The position numbers and the translations under genes were made by a program. From assembly GCA_028714015.1 (NCBI GenBank), contig JAQTNG010000002.1:1-48790 (forward strand): a DNA stretch of 48,790 nucleotides. The letters are read 5' to 3'. Positions within the stretch are counted from its first letter, which is position 1, and every line of letters begins with the position of its first letter. The notes below the pieces were generated by a model. That model was not told where the DNA came from. It made no database searches and saw only the letters and a program-made list of their open reading frames with translations. Source of the DNA: Elusimicrobiota bacterium. Lineage in GTDB: Bacteria > Elusimicrobiota > Elusimicrobia > UBA1565 > UBA9628. Shown here in pieces: positions 9,145 to 18,013 of this stretch.

Positions 9145-10533
9145 TCATTGATTGGGGGCGTTGAGCTTGCGGCGGATTTCTTGGATATAGGCGAGGTCTT
9201 GAGATCGAACGCACAGCTGGCCGGCGCGGTCCGCGTCGGACAGAGCCTCGCCGGGCCGGCTGAGAGTGAGGTACGCCTCGGAGCGCGCGAGCAGGATTTC
9301 GCACTGGTCGGCGGGCGAGATGCTCGGGAAGGCCAGCATCTGGGCGAACTGATCGAGCGCCAATTCGGGCTTCCGGAGCGCGTTCTTGTAGGTGTCGGCG
9401 AGAATCGCGTGCAGGTGGTACAGGCTCTTGAGCGTCAGGTTGGACGGATACACCCGGGAGAGCTCGATCGCGGCCAGGCATTGGCGCTCGGTGTCCCCCG
9501 GCGACTTCCGGTAGTAGGCGGCCTCGCAGAGATATCCGCGGGCCATCGGGTCGCGCGGGTTGACCGGGGCCGCGGCCTGGGCGAGTATGAGGCCCATGTC
9601 CGCGTTGTTTTTTTCGAAGGCCTCTTCGACCTTGCGCATCAGCACCCAGCTGTAGGGCCGGACCCACTTTTTGTTCTCCTCGACGAACAGGACGCGGTCG
9701 GTTCGCGGGGCCGCGCCTTCAATCGCGAGCTCATAGGCGAGGAGCACGGCGCCCGGCTCGATGTGGTCGACGCGCAGGCCGGACCAGGCCCAGGTGGAGG
9801 TGTCGCGGGAGGCGACGAACTCGTCGAGCGTGCAGTATTTCCGGGCCGATTCGGAGAACTGGGAGTAGGCGGCGGCGTAGTTTCGCGCGCGCAGCGCCTC
9901 GAGGTACTGGATGGCGGCGCGGTGAGAGGCGTTCTCGGGCTTGTTGTTCTCGGTCCAGTACCAGACGGTGACGAGGGAGGCGACGACGGCGAAGGTGGCG
10001 AAGGCGACGGTGACGGTTCGGCGCACCGTCCCGATCCAGCGCGGCGGCTTCGGGACGTCGTCGGCCTGCGGCGGCGCGACGGCGGACCAGGGGTCGTTGG
10101 AGACGGAAGGCGCCGCGAACTGATCCCGAGCCTGCCGGCCCGCGACGGGAAGGGGCGCGCTCGGCGCGGGGCCGAGCGCGGCGCCCGGCTCGACCGCCTT
10201 CATCTTCGCGGGCGGCAGAGCCCCGGGCGCCGGCGCGGCGGGGGGCGGCGGGTCCTTCTTGCCGAGCGGTCCTTTGACGATGTGCTTGACGACCGTCGCC
10301 GGGATGTCGGACTTCGGCGCGCCCGGGATGGCCGTCGGGGGCGGCGGCGCCACGACGGTCCCGAGGTCGGAAATCGGGTTGCCGCACTTGTCGCAGTAGT
10401 TCTTGGCGAGCGAGTTCTGGAAGCCGCAGCCGCCGCAGACGCGCGTGTTCTTGCCGCCGCACTTGGCGCACTGCGAGAGCGGCGTCGCCGAAGCGGCGCC
10501 GCACTGCGTGCACAAGATCGCGGCGTTCGACAT
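9145..10533 (-). CDS. Double zinc-ribbon protein with a Pro-rich linker, one TM helix and an extracytoplasmic NTF2-like/TPR-like region; unknown function
   Basis: The N-terminus 'CTQCG..CAKCG..CGGCG..CDKCG' contains four CxxC pairs. A Pro-rich segment follows. The TM helix is 'VTVAFATFAVVASLVTVWYW', and the tail is helical and repeat-like. Confidence 0.6.
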   Translation of the reverse strand: MSNAAILCTQCGAASATPLSQCAKCGGKNTRVCGGCGFQNSLAKNYCDKCGNPISDLGTVVAPPPPTAIPGAPKSDIPATVVKHIVKGPLGKKDPPPPAAPAPGALPPAKMKAVEPGAALGPAPSAPLPVAGRQARDQFAAPSVSNDPWSAVAPPQADDVPKPPRWIGTVRRTVTVAFATFAVVASLVTVWYWTENNKPENASHRAAIQYLEALRARNYAAAYSQFSESARKYCTLDEFVASRDTSTWAWSGLRVDHIEPGAVLLAYELAIEGAAPRTDRVLFVEENKKWVRPYSWVLMRKVEEAFEKNNADMGLILAQAAAPVNPRDPMARGYLCEAAYYRKSPGDTERQCLAAIELSRVYPSNLTLKSLYHLHAILADTYKNALRKPELALDQFAQMLAFPSISPADQCEILLARSEAYLTLSRPGEALSDADRAGQLCVRSQDLAYIQEIRRKLNAPNQ

Positions 10534-10588
10534 TAGGCCGCCCCCGCCCTTCGGGGGGTGCGCAGAGGACGCGAAGGAAAACCTTTTA

Positions 10589-10984
10589 TCATCTAGTCTC
10601 GAGGAGGAGAAGCGGCTGGCCGTATTCCACGGCCTGGCCGGCGTCGATGAAAATCTTGGCCACGCGGCCGGCGTGCGCGGCGACGATGGGCTTCGACGCC
10701 CCGGAGCCGGTCACGATCACGCCGATGACGTCGCCCGCGGCGATCTCGACGCCCTCCTCGGTCTTGCGCGCCTTGCCGGGCTCGCTCCACTGGAAGACGC
10801 CGACGCCGTCGCTCGCGACCGGGATGAAGCGGCCCGAGGGCATCGCGGGCGCCGTGAGTTGGGCCGGGTCATGGGCGCCCAGGGCCGTCAGGGAGAAACC
10901 GGTCCCGTTCTTGCGGTAGACGACTTCGGCGAGGTCGGCGGTTTTCATCCAATCGGCGACGGCTTTGATGGGGGCGGCGTCCAT
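10589..10984 (-). CDS. Biotin carboxyl carrier protein (AccB)-like protein without a recognisable (A/S)MKM biotinylation motif
   Basis: The N-terminus 'IKAVADWMKTADLAEVVYRKNGTGFSLT' resembles the BCCP N-domain. The C-terminus 'AAGDVIGVIVTGSGASKPIVAAHAGRVAKIFIDAGQAVEYGQPLLLLE' aligns by eye to the biotinyl domain, but 'TGSGASK' replaces 'EAMKMMN'. ATG at 10984; I discounted the Arg-rich 5' part of ORF 10589..11293. Confidence 0.6.
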   Translation of the reverse strand: MDAAPIKAVADWMKTADLAEVVYRKNGTGFSLTALGAHDPAQLTAPAMPSGRFIPVASDGVGVFQWSEPGKARKTEEGVEIAAGDVIGVIVTGSGASKPIVAAHAGRVAKIFIDAGQAVEYGQPLLLLETR

Positions 10985-10986
10985 GG

Positions 10987-11466
10987 CTATTTCCTCTTGG
11001 TCTTGGCGGCTTTGCGCCGCAGCAGGTTGCGCGGATTGGCGGGCAGCAGGCCCGAGGCGAGCGGGTCGAAGGCGAGCGGCAGGAGCTTGTACACCGTGGT
11101 CTTGTAGACGGAGCGGCGCCCGGTCGCGGGATTCAGGTCCACGAGGTAGAGGTCGGTGTCCTTGTCGCTGAACTCGTGCATGACCTGGCGGCAGGCGCCG
11201 CAGGGCTTGGCCGCGGCGCCGACGACGGCGACGGCCCGGATCGCGTCGTGGCCGCTGGCGACCGCGTGGTAGATCGCGGCGCGCTCCGCGCACATCGAGA
11301 GGCCGTAGCTCGCGTTCTCCACGTTGCAGCCGGCGAACACCCGGCCGCCGTCGGTGAGCACGGCGGCGCCGACGGAGTAGCGCGAGTAAGGGCAGTACGC
11401 GCGCTTCTGCGCCTGGACGGCGGCTTCGATGAGGCGGTCGATCGAGCGTTTGGGATTCTTGGCCAT
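10987..11466 (-). CDS. cdd: Cytidine deaminase
   Basis: The zinc ligand motifs 'CAERAA' and 'PCGACRQ' and the motif 'GCNVENASY' are present. There is a basic C-terminal extension of about 30 aa. Confidence 0.88.
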   Translation of the reverse strand: MAKNPKRSIDRLIEAAVQAQKRAYCPYSRYSVGAAVLTDGGRVFAGCNVENASYGLSMCAERAAIYHAVASGHDAIRAVAVVGAAAKPCGACRQVMHEFSDKDTDLYLVDLNPATGRRSVYKTTVYKLLPLAFDPLASGLLPANPRNLLRRKAAKTKRK

Positions 11467-12338
11467 TAGAGGTATTTCCTCACGAGCAGGTCGAGCTTCT
11501 TGAGCGTGGCTTTATTGCGGGCTTCGGGGGCGGTGAACAAAGCGCCCTTGAGGGCTTCGGAAAACGCGGGCTCGAGCGGCGCCGCGGCGATGCGCGGCAC
11601 GGCCAGGCGCATCAGCTTCTGCGCGTTGGCCGAGTTCGCGTGGAGGTTGGCCACGACCATCTCGGTGTTGACCTCCTCGCCTTCCTTCCAGCAGTCGTAG
11701 TCGGTGACCATCGCGGCCTGCGAGTAGACGAGCTCGGCCTCGCGGGCGAGCTTGGCCTCGGTGGCGGCGGTCATGCCGATCAAGGACCAGCCGAAGGAGC
11801 GGTGCATCTCGGACTCCGCCTTCGTCGAGAACGCGGGGCCTTCCATGCAGCAGTAGGTGCCGCCGAACACGGACTTGATGCCGAGCTCTTGGGCGCATCT
11901 GAAAACGACGGCATTTTGGCCTGGAGCAAACGGCGGGTTCAGGGCGATGTGCGCGACCAGGCCGTTGCCGAAGAAGGTCTGGACCCGGTCCTTGGTGCGG
12001 TCCACGAGCTGGTCGGGAAACACGAAGGTGCGGGGCGGCAGCTCCTCCTTGAGGGAACCGACCGCGCTGAAGGCGAGCACGCGCTCGACGCCGAGGGACT
12101 TGAGCGCCCACATGTTGGCGCGCTGGTTGATCTCGGTCGGGGTGACGACGTGGCCGCGGCCGTGGCGCGGCAGGAAGGCGCAGGGAACGCCCTCGAGCTC
12201 GCCCAAGGTGATGGGGCCGGAGTGGGGCCCGAACGGCGTCTTGAGGCGGAGCTCGCGCGTGTTGGTGATCGCGTCGGAGGAGTAGAGGCCGCTGCCTCCG
12301 ATGACGCCGACTTTCGCGTAAGGCTTGGTCTTCTTCAA
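11466..12338 (-). CDS. mtnP: S-methyl-5'-thioadenosine phosphorylase
   Basis: Motifs 'VGVIGGSGLY', 'FLPRHGRGH', 'CMEGPAFSTKAES' and 'GMTAATEAKLAREAE' are present. No in-frame ATG is available. The likely start is TTG at 12338 (or 12344), preceded by GGGAGG. It overlaps the upstream stop as TTGA. Confidence 0.85.
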   Translation of the reverse strand: MKKTKPYAKVGVIGGSGLYSSDAITNTRELRLKTPFGPHSGPITLGELEGVPCAFLPRHGRGHVVTPTEINQRANMWALKSLGVERVLAFSAVGSLKEELPPRTFVFPDQLVDRTKDRVQTFFGNGLVAHIALNPPFAPGQNAVVFRCAQELGIKSVFGGTYCCMEGPAFSTKAESEMHRSFGWSLIGMTAATEAKLAREAELVYSQAAMVTDYDCWKEGEEVNTEMVVANLHANSANAQKLMRLAVPRIAAAPLEPAFSEALKGALFTAPEARNKATLKKLDLLVRKYL

Positions 12339-12718
12339 GGGCAATACCCTCCCAGGGGCAGGAGCTCTTTGATCAGGTCGTAGAGCGTTTCGAGATTGAC
12401 GGGCTTCTGGACGAAGCGGGTCTTCGGGTCGTTCGGCAGGAGCTTTTTGAGCTTCTCGTACGAGTGCGCCGACATGAAGATCACCGGAATGTTCTTCGTG
12501 GCCTCGTCCTTCTGCAGGACCTGGTACGCGGAGGAGCCGTACGCGCCGGGCATCTGTATGTCGGTGAGGATCAGATGCGGGCGGTGCTCGGCGGCCTTCT
12601 GCGCGAGCTGGTAGCCGTCGTTGACGACGATCACCCGGTTGCCCTTGCTGGACAGGTAGTCGTCCAGGAGCCCGGTGATGTCGGGGTTGTCGTCGGCGAT
12701 CAGGATCTGGGCGATCAT
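12335..12718 (-). CDS. Single-domain CheY-like response regulator
   Basis: Motifs 'ILIADDNPD', '[13 protein letters not shown]', 'IPVIFMSA' and 'VQKPV' are present. The ATG at 12718 overlaps the glyA stop (ATGA). Confidence 0.85.
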   Translation of the reverse strand: MIAQILIADDNPDITGLLDDYLSSKGNRVIVVNDGYQLAQKAAEHRPHLILTDIQMPGAYGSSAYQVLQKDEATKNIPVIFMSAHSYEKLKKLLPNDPKTRFVQKPVNLETLYDLIKELLPLGGYCP

Positions 12719-13983
12719 TTGGCGGCGAGCAGCTTCTCCATGATGGCCGGGTAGATGGGGAAGCGGCGGCAGAGGGCGGTGACGCCTTGCTTGACGCGCG
12801 CCAGCGCCGCATCGTCGGCCCGCACCTTGAGCGCGTCGTCGATGAGCGCGGCGACCTCGTCCATTTCCTTCTCGCCCATCCCGCGCGTCGTGATCGCGGG
12901 CGTGCCGATGCGCACGCCGGAGGCGATGAACGGCTTCTGCGGGTCGTAGGGGATCGCGTTCTTGTTGACCGTGATGCCGGCCTTGTCGAGCGCCTCCTCG
13001 GCCTCCTTGCCCGTGGCGTTCTTCGGGCGCAGGTCCACGGAGAACAGGTGGCAGTCGGTGCCGCCGGCGACGATGCGGAAGCCCTTCTCGGCCAGGGACT
13101 TGGAGAGGCGCCGGGCGTTGGCGATGACCTGGGTCTGGTATTGCTTGAACTCGGGCCGCAGCGCCTCGCCGAAGCAGACCGCCTTCGCGGCGATGACGTG
13201 CATCAGCGGTCCGCCCTGCTCGCCGGGGAACACGCTCGAGTCCAGGGCCTTGGCGTGGGCCGACTTGCACATCACCATCCCGCCGCGGGGGCCGCGCAGG
13301 GTCTTGTGCGTCGTCGTGGTCGTGAAATCGGCCAGGCCCACGGGGGAAGGATAGACGCCCGCGGCGATGAGGCCCGCGTAGTGGGCGATGTCGGCCGCGA
13401 AATACGCGCCGACCTCGTCGGCGATTTTCTTGAGGCGCGCCCAATCGATGACGCGCGAATAGTTCGACGCGCCGACGAAGAGGATGCGCGGCTTCTGCTC
13501 GCGCGCGTCCTTCTCGGCCAGATCGTAATCGATCAATTCGTCTTCTTTACGGACGTTTATGGGAATAATCTTGTAGTACTTGCCGGAGAAGTTCATCGGG
13601 TGCCCGTGCGACAGGTGGCCGCCGTGGGCGAGGTTGAGGCCCATGACGCCGTCGCCGGGCTTGAGTACCGAGAGGTACATGGCCATGTTGGCCTGCGAGC
13701 CGGAGTGCGGCTGGACGTTGACGTGCTCGGCGCCGAAGAGTTTTTTGGCGCGCTCGATCGCGAGCGTCTCGGCCTGGTCGACGAACTCGCAGCCGCCGTA
13801 GTAGCGCTTGCCCGGGTAGCCCTCGGCGTACTTGTTCGTCAGCAGGGAGCCCTGGGCCTCGAGCACGGCCTCGGAGGTGTAGTTCTCCGAGGCGATCAGC
13901 TCGAGGTTGTCGGACTGGCGGCGCGCCTCGCGCGCGATCGCCGCGTATATTTCGGGGTCCTGCTCAGCGAGGGTTCGGGGCAT
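12715..13983 (-). CDS. glyA: Serine hydroxymethyltransferase
   Basis: 'LIASENYTS' and the PLP-lysine context '[14 protein letters not shown]' are present, and the protein is full length (422 aa). Confidence 0.95.
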   Translation of the reverse strand: MPRTLAEQDPEIYAAIAREARRQSDNLELIASENYTSEAVLEAQGSLLTNKYAEGYPGKRYYGGCEFVDQAETLAIERAKKLFGAEHVNVQPHSGSQANMAMYLSVLKPGDGVMGLNLAHGGHLSHGHPMNFSGKYYKIIPINVRKEDELIDYDLAEKDAREQKPRILFVGASNYSRVIDWARLKKIADEVGAYFAADIAHYAGLIAAGVYPSPVGLADFTTTTTHKTLRGPRGGMVMCKSAHAKALDSSVFPGEQGGPLMHVIAAKAVCFGEALRPEFKQYQTQVIANARRLSKSLAEKGFRIVAGGTDCHLFSVDLRPKNATGKEAEEALDKAGITVNKNAIPYDPQKPFIASGVRIGTPAITTRGMGEKEMDEVAALIDDALKVRADDAALARVKQGVTALCRRFPIYPAIMEKLLAAK

Positions 13984-14431
13984 GGGATTCTCTCCTGACG
14001 ATGATTTGGAGCGCTTCCTCGATCGAGGAGGCGCAGGCCTGATATTCCGCGGCGTCGGCGCCGACGGGATCTTCGACGTCGACGGGCTTCAGACCCGCGG
14101 CCTCGCGCAAAACGAAGAGCTTGGCCTTGGTCTCGGGAAAACGGGCGAGGAGTTCGTCGCGGTGGGCGCGCTCCATCACGTAGACGGCGTCGGCCGCGTC
14201 GAGGAGCGCCTTGTCGACGCGGCGGGCGCGGTGCGCGACGGGACCGACGCCCCGGGCGGCGAAGATCGCGGCGGCGCCGCGCGAGAGCGGCATGCCGATC
14301 GCGGCCTGGGTGCCGGCGGAGGAGGCGGCGCACGGAAGACCGGCTTCACGGGAAAGCTTGACGAAGAAATGCTCGGCCAGGGGCGAACGGCAGGTGTTGC
14401 CCGTGCAGACGAACAAAACGGAGCGGGTCAT
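13964..14431 (-). CDS. Low-molecular-weight protein phosphatase (YwlE-like Tyr/Arg phosphatase family)
   Basis: The P-loop 'CTGNTCRS' (CX5R) and 'VEDPVG' are present. The ATG at 14431 overlaps the tsaC stop (ATGA). The 3' end overlaps the glyA start by 20 nt. Confidence 0.8.
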   Translation of the reverse strand: MTRSVLFVCTGNTCRSPLAEHFFVKLSREAGLPCAASSAGTQAAIGMPLSRGAAAIFAARGVGPVAHRARRVDKALLDAADAVYVMERAHRDELLARFPETKAKLFVLREAAGLKPVDVEDPVGADAAEYQACASSIEEALQIIVRRESHAPNPR

Positions 14432-15057
14432 GCCGTCAGCGCCCCCGAGATCGCCTCGGCCGAGATCAGGCCGACCTTGGTCACGCGCGGCTTGTCGCCC
14501 GAAGCGTCCACGAGGGTCGGATCGCCGTCCGGCGCGATTCCGCCGTCGATGAGCAGGTCGATGTCCGCGCCGAGTTCGGCGAGGACGTCGGAGGCGTTGA
14601 GCTTGGCGGGCTTCCCCGATTTGTTGGCGCTGGTGTAGATCCACGGCACGCCGGAGGCCTCGATCATCGCGCGCGCGGCGGGATGCGCGGGCACGCGGAT
14701 GGCGACGGTCGGGTATTCGGGGAAGGTGAGCAGACGGCCCTGGGCCGTCGGCTTGAGCAGGAGCAGGAGCGGGCCGGGCCAGAACTTGGCGGCGAGCGCT
14801 TCGGCGAGCGGCGTCCACTCGACCCAGGCTTTGGCGGCCTCGGTCGAATGCACCATGACCGCGAGCGGTTTTAAAGTGGACCGCTCTTTGACCTGAAGAA
14901 CGCGGCGCGTGGCGGCCTTGATCAGGCCGGTCGAGCCGACGGCGTAGGAGCTCTCGGTCGGGAAGGCGACGAGCTTGCAGCCCTTGCCCGCGGCGCCGGC
15001 TTTGGCCGCGTCGGCGGGGGATAAGGTTCCGGCGGTCAGCGAAAGGGTCTCAGGCAT
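14428..15057 (-). CDS. tsaC: L-threonylcarbamoyladenylate synthase (YrdC/Sua5 family)
   Basis: Motifs 'VAFPTESSYAVG', 'LKPLAVMV', 'WPGPLLLLLK', 'IRVPAHP' and 'YTSANKSG' are present. Confidence 0.85.
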   Translation of the reverse strand: MPETLSLTAGTLSPADAAKAGAAGKGCKLVAFPTESSYAVGSTGLIKAATRRVLQVKERSTLKPLAVMVHSTEAAKAWVEWTPLAEALAAKFWPGPLLLLLKPTAQGRLLTFPEYPTVAIRVPAHPAARAMIEASGVPWIYTSANKSGKPAKLNASDVLAELGADIDLLIDGGIAPDGDPTLVDASGDKPRVTKVGLISAEAISGALTA

Positions 15058-15733
15058 GGGAGGGCTCCGGGTCGGGGTGAAGCACGATCACGAACTCGCC
15101 GAGGATCTCGGCGCGCGCGGCGAGGTTCTCGCGGACGGAGGCGGCGGTTCCGCGGATCCACTCCTCATGAATCTTCGACAATTCGCGAACGGCAACGACT
15201 TGGGCGCTCGCTCCGACGGCCATTATGACGTCCTCGAGCAGTTCTAGGACTCGGAACGGCGACTCGTAAATAACGATCGTGCGGTCCAACAGCTTTGACG
15301 CTTCAAGCGCCTTGCGGCGCTTGGACGACGTCCTCGGCAGAAATCCCAGGAAAATAAATGAATCGCCGGGCAGGCCGGAACCCGCGACGGCGGTGGCGAC
15401 GGCGCACGGACCCGGCAGCGCGGTCACGGGAAGGCCCTCGCGACGCGCTGCCGCCACCGCCTTGCGGCCGGGATCGGACACCCCGGGCAATCCGCCGTCC
15501 GAAACCAACGAGACCGCGTCGCCTCGGCGGACTCGTTCGAGGAGCTTGTCGACGGAACGGGGATCATTCTCATCGTAGCGCTCGAGGGGAATCCCTAATC
15601 CGAAATGGCTCATCAAATGTCTTGTCCGGCGCGTGTCCTCGCAGAACACCACCTTCGATTCCTTCAACGTGCGCAGCGCCCGCGCGGTCATGTCTTCCAG
15701 ATTGCCCAACGGCGTGGGAACCACATAGAGCAT
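15050..15733 (-). CDS. rsmI: 16S rRNA (cytidine1402-2'-O)-methyltransferase
   Basis: Motifs 'LYVVPTPLGNLEDMT', 'FCEDTR', 'VSDGGLPGVSDPG' and 'IYESPFRV' are present. ATG at 15733; I discounted the upstream part of ORF 15050..15982. Confidence 0.88.
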   Translation of the reverse strand: MLYVVPTPLGNLEDMTARALRTLKESKVVFCEDTRRTRHLMSHFGLGIPLERYDENDPRSVDKLLERVRRGDAVSLVSDGGLPGVSDPGRKAVAAARREGLPVTALPGPCAVATAVAGSGLPGDSFIFLGFLPRTSSKRRKALEASKLLDRTIVIYESPFRVLELLEDVIMAVGASAQVVAVRELSKIHEEWIRGTAASVRENLAARAEILGEFVIVLHPDPEPSHA

Positions 15734-16965
15734 CAGTGCGCCGCCGGCTCGCGCGACCATTCGGAGAGCTCGAGGCGCATGAAGGTCTCTACGACCTTGG
15801 GGTCGAACTGCGTCCCCGCGCCCTTTTTCAGCTCGGCGAGGGCGACGTCGCGGCCGAGCGCCTTGCGGTAGGGGCGGTCGCTCATCATCGCGTCCCAGGC
15901 ATCTAAGCAAGCCACGATGCGGGCCCCTAGAGGAATCTGCTCGCCCTTGAGGCCCTCGGGGTAGCCGCGGCCGTCGAACCACTCCTGGTGGTACAGCACC
16001 ATCTGGGCCACGGGGCCGAGGTACTTAACGGGAGCCAGAATTTGATGCCCGATGATCGGGTGCTTCTTCATCTCCTCGTATTCCTCGGGCGTGAGCTTGC
16101 CCGGCTTGAGGAGGATCGCCTCGTCGATGCCGATCTTGCCGATGTCGTGCAGGAGCGCGGCGTACTCGACGTGGCGGACCATCGGATCGGACAGCCCCAT
16201 CTCCTGGGCGACGCGGCGGGCCTTCACGCGCGCGCGGTCGGAGTGCTCGGCGGTGTAGGCGTCCTTCGAGTCCACGGCGCGGGCCAAGGTCTGGACCATC
16301 TCGAGGTAGAAGATCTGGAGGTTGTCGAACATGTCCATGTTGTGGAGCATGACGGCGGCCTCGCCGGCGAGTATGCTGAGGAACTTGACGTTGTAGTCGC
16401 TGAACGGCTCCGCGCCGACCTTCGCGTGCAGATTAAGAACGCCGATCGGCTTGCCCTTGACCAGCAGGGGGATGGAGACGAAGGGCTCGACGTCGCCGGT
16501 GGCGGGGGCGAGGTAGCGCGGGTCGTTGGCCGGGTCGGCGACGAAGATCGGCTGGCCGGAGGCGAAGGCCTTGCCGGCGACGCCCTCCCCGGGCTTGAGG
16601 AAGAGCTTCTGCGCGTTCTCCATGATCAGGCTGCGCGCGGCGACGATCTTGAGGCAGCCCTCCTTCTCCTCCCAGTTCATGACCGAGCCGCGGTCGCACT
16701 TCATGAGCTGGCAGGCGCAGTCCAGGACCGCGCGGCCGAACTCTTCCCGGGAGATGGCCCCTGAGTGGGACACGCCGTGCTCCTGGAGCGCCAGCAGCAT
16801 GTTCAGCAGCTCGTCGAGCTTGCTCCAGCCCTCGGGCGCGCGCGCCGGCGCGGGGACGCGCTCGGGGCGGGACGCTTCCAGGGAATAGAGCCGGCGAAGG
16901 GTGAGGGCGAGGGCGGCCAGGAGGACGACGCACAGGCCCGCGGCCCACCAGAATAAGCCTACCAT
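15733..16965 (-). CDS. Membrane-anchored GAF domain / HD-GYP phosphohydrolase (probable c-di-GMP phosphodiesterase)
   Basis: The N-terminal TM helix is 'LFWWAAGLCVVLLAALAL'. A GAF-like segment follows. The HD-GYP motifs are 'HSDRV', 'ALLHDIGKIGI' and 'FDGRGYPEGL'. Confidence 0.85.
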   Translation of the reverse strand: MVGLFWWAAGLCVVLLAALALTLRRLYSLEASRPERVPAPARAPEGWSKLDELLNMLLALQEHGVSHSGAISREEFGRAVLDCACQLMKCDRGSVMNWEEKEGCLKIVAARSLIMENAQKLFLKPGEGVAGKAFASGQPIFVADPANDPRYLAPATGDVEPFVSIPLLVKGKPIGVLNLHAKVGAEPFSDYNVKFLSILAGEAAVMLHNMDMFDNLQIFYLEMVQTLARAVDSKDAYTAEHSDRARVKARRVAQEMGLSDPMVRHVEYAALLHDIGKIGIDEAILLKPGKLTPEEYEEMKKHPIIGHQILAPVKYLGPVAQMVLYHQEWFDGRGYPEGLKGEQIPLGARIVACLDAWDAMMSDRPYRKALGRDVALAELKKGAGTQFDPKVVETFMRLELSEWSREPAAH

Positions 16966-16975
16966 GGGGCGTATT

Positions 16976-18013
16976 TTACTTCTTTTTTTCGGGCTCCATG
17001 AGCCTGCGGGCCTCGGCTTCGCCGACCATGTCTAGGAGCTGGGCGGTCGCGCCCTTGCGCATCGCGTCGTCGCCGGTTTGGCGGGCGTAGCGGACGAGCA
17101 GGGGGATGATCTTGGGGCTGCGCGTGCTGAAGGCCGCGGTGGCCCAGAACAGGCGATCGGTGTCGTTTTTGACGGCATCGTGCTCGGCGACGAGCGCCGC
17201 GGCTTCCTCGTCGGTGGACGAGACCCCGATCTTGAGGGCTATATGGTGGCGGATCTCGAGGTCGACCTTGGGGTCGCGGAGCAAGTCCAGCATCTGGGCG
17301 CGGGTCGCGCGCGCGTCCGCGAGTTCGATCGGGGCCGCGACCGCGAGCGCGGCGCGTTCGCTCGCGATCAGATCGCCCGAGCGGCTCCAGGCGCGCAGCT
17401 TGGGCAAGGTCTGCCTCCAGTAATAGCGGCCGAGCAAAGTCCCGACCTTCGCGCTTTGCTCGCCCTTTCTCTCGAGCAGGGACTGCGATTTTTCGGGCTC
17501 CCATTGCGCGAGCGCGGACAGCGCCTCGTATTGGGTCCACCAGGAGTTGCGCTCCGTCATCACGTTGTTCTCGGTGACGGCGCTCGCGCCGAACTTTCGC
17601 TCGGCGATGGCGCGGATCATGGGCAAAGCCACGCGCGAGCGCAGCCGGAATGCCCCGTTGACGCCGAACAGCTGGGCCTCGGGCTCGGGCTGGCGCAGGT
17701 AGTTCATGAAGATCGGCTCGAGCTGCGGGTTTCCCGGCGTGAGCCGAGAGAGGGAGGCCATCACCGAGTCGCGCGTGTACGTGTCCGTGAAGCGCGAGAA
17801 CAGATCGAACAGCTGGGCCACGTCCTGGCCCGAAACGGGGGAGGTCTTGGCGAGCTGATCGAGGATCTTGGTCTTTTCGGCCGCGCTGGTGGCCTCGATG
17901 AAGCGGTCCTTGAGCACGGTCACGCTTACAGCGGCGACGGGCGCCGCGGGCGGCGTCTCGGCGGCCCGAGCCGGCGCGGACAGGAGCAAGGCGGCGATGA
18001 GGAGGCTGATCAT
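16976..18013 (-). CDS. Secreted alpha-helical (HEAT-like repeat) protein, unknown function
   Basis: The ATG at 18013 is preceded by GGAG and overlaps the nagZ stop (ATGA). The signal peptide is 'MISLLIAALLLSAPARA'. I discounted the rest of the 582-aa ORF, which overlaps nagZ. Confidence 0.6.
   Translation of the reverse strand: MISLLIAALLLSAPARAAETPPAAPVAAVSVTVLKDRFIEATSAAEKTKILDQLAKTSPVSGQDVAQLFDLFSRFTDTYTRDSVMASLSRLTPGNPQLEPIFMNYLRQPEPEAQLFGVNGAFRLRSRVALPMIRAIAERKFGASAVTENNVMTERNSWWTQYEALSALAQWEPEKSQSLLERKGEQSAKVGTLLGRYYWRQTLPKLRAWSRSGDLIASERAALAVAAPIELADARATRAQMLDLLRDPKVDLEIRHHIALKIGVSSTDEEAAALVAEHDAVKNDTDRLFWATAAFSTRSPKIIPLLVRYARQTGDDAMRKGATAQLLDMVGEAEARRLMEPEKKK

Noticed and set aside
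10534-10588. A CCCCGCCC-TTCG-GGGGGG hairpin lies in the 55-nt gap after the accB-like gene.
   Set aside because: It forms only about 6 bp with a bulge and has no U-tract on the transcribed (minus) strand. This is not convincing as a terminator.
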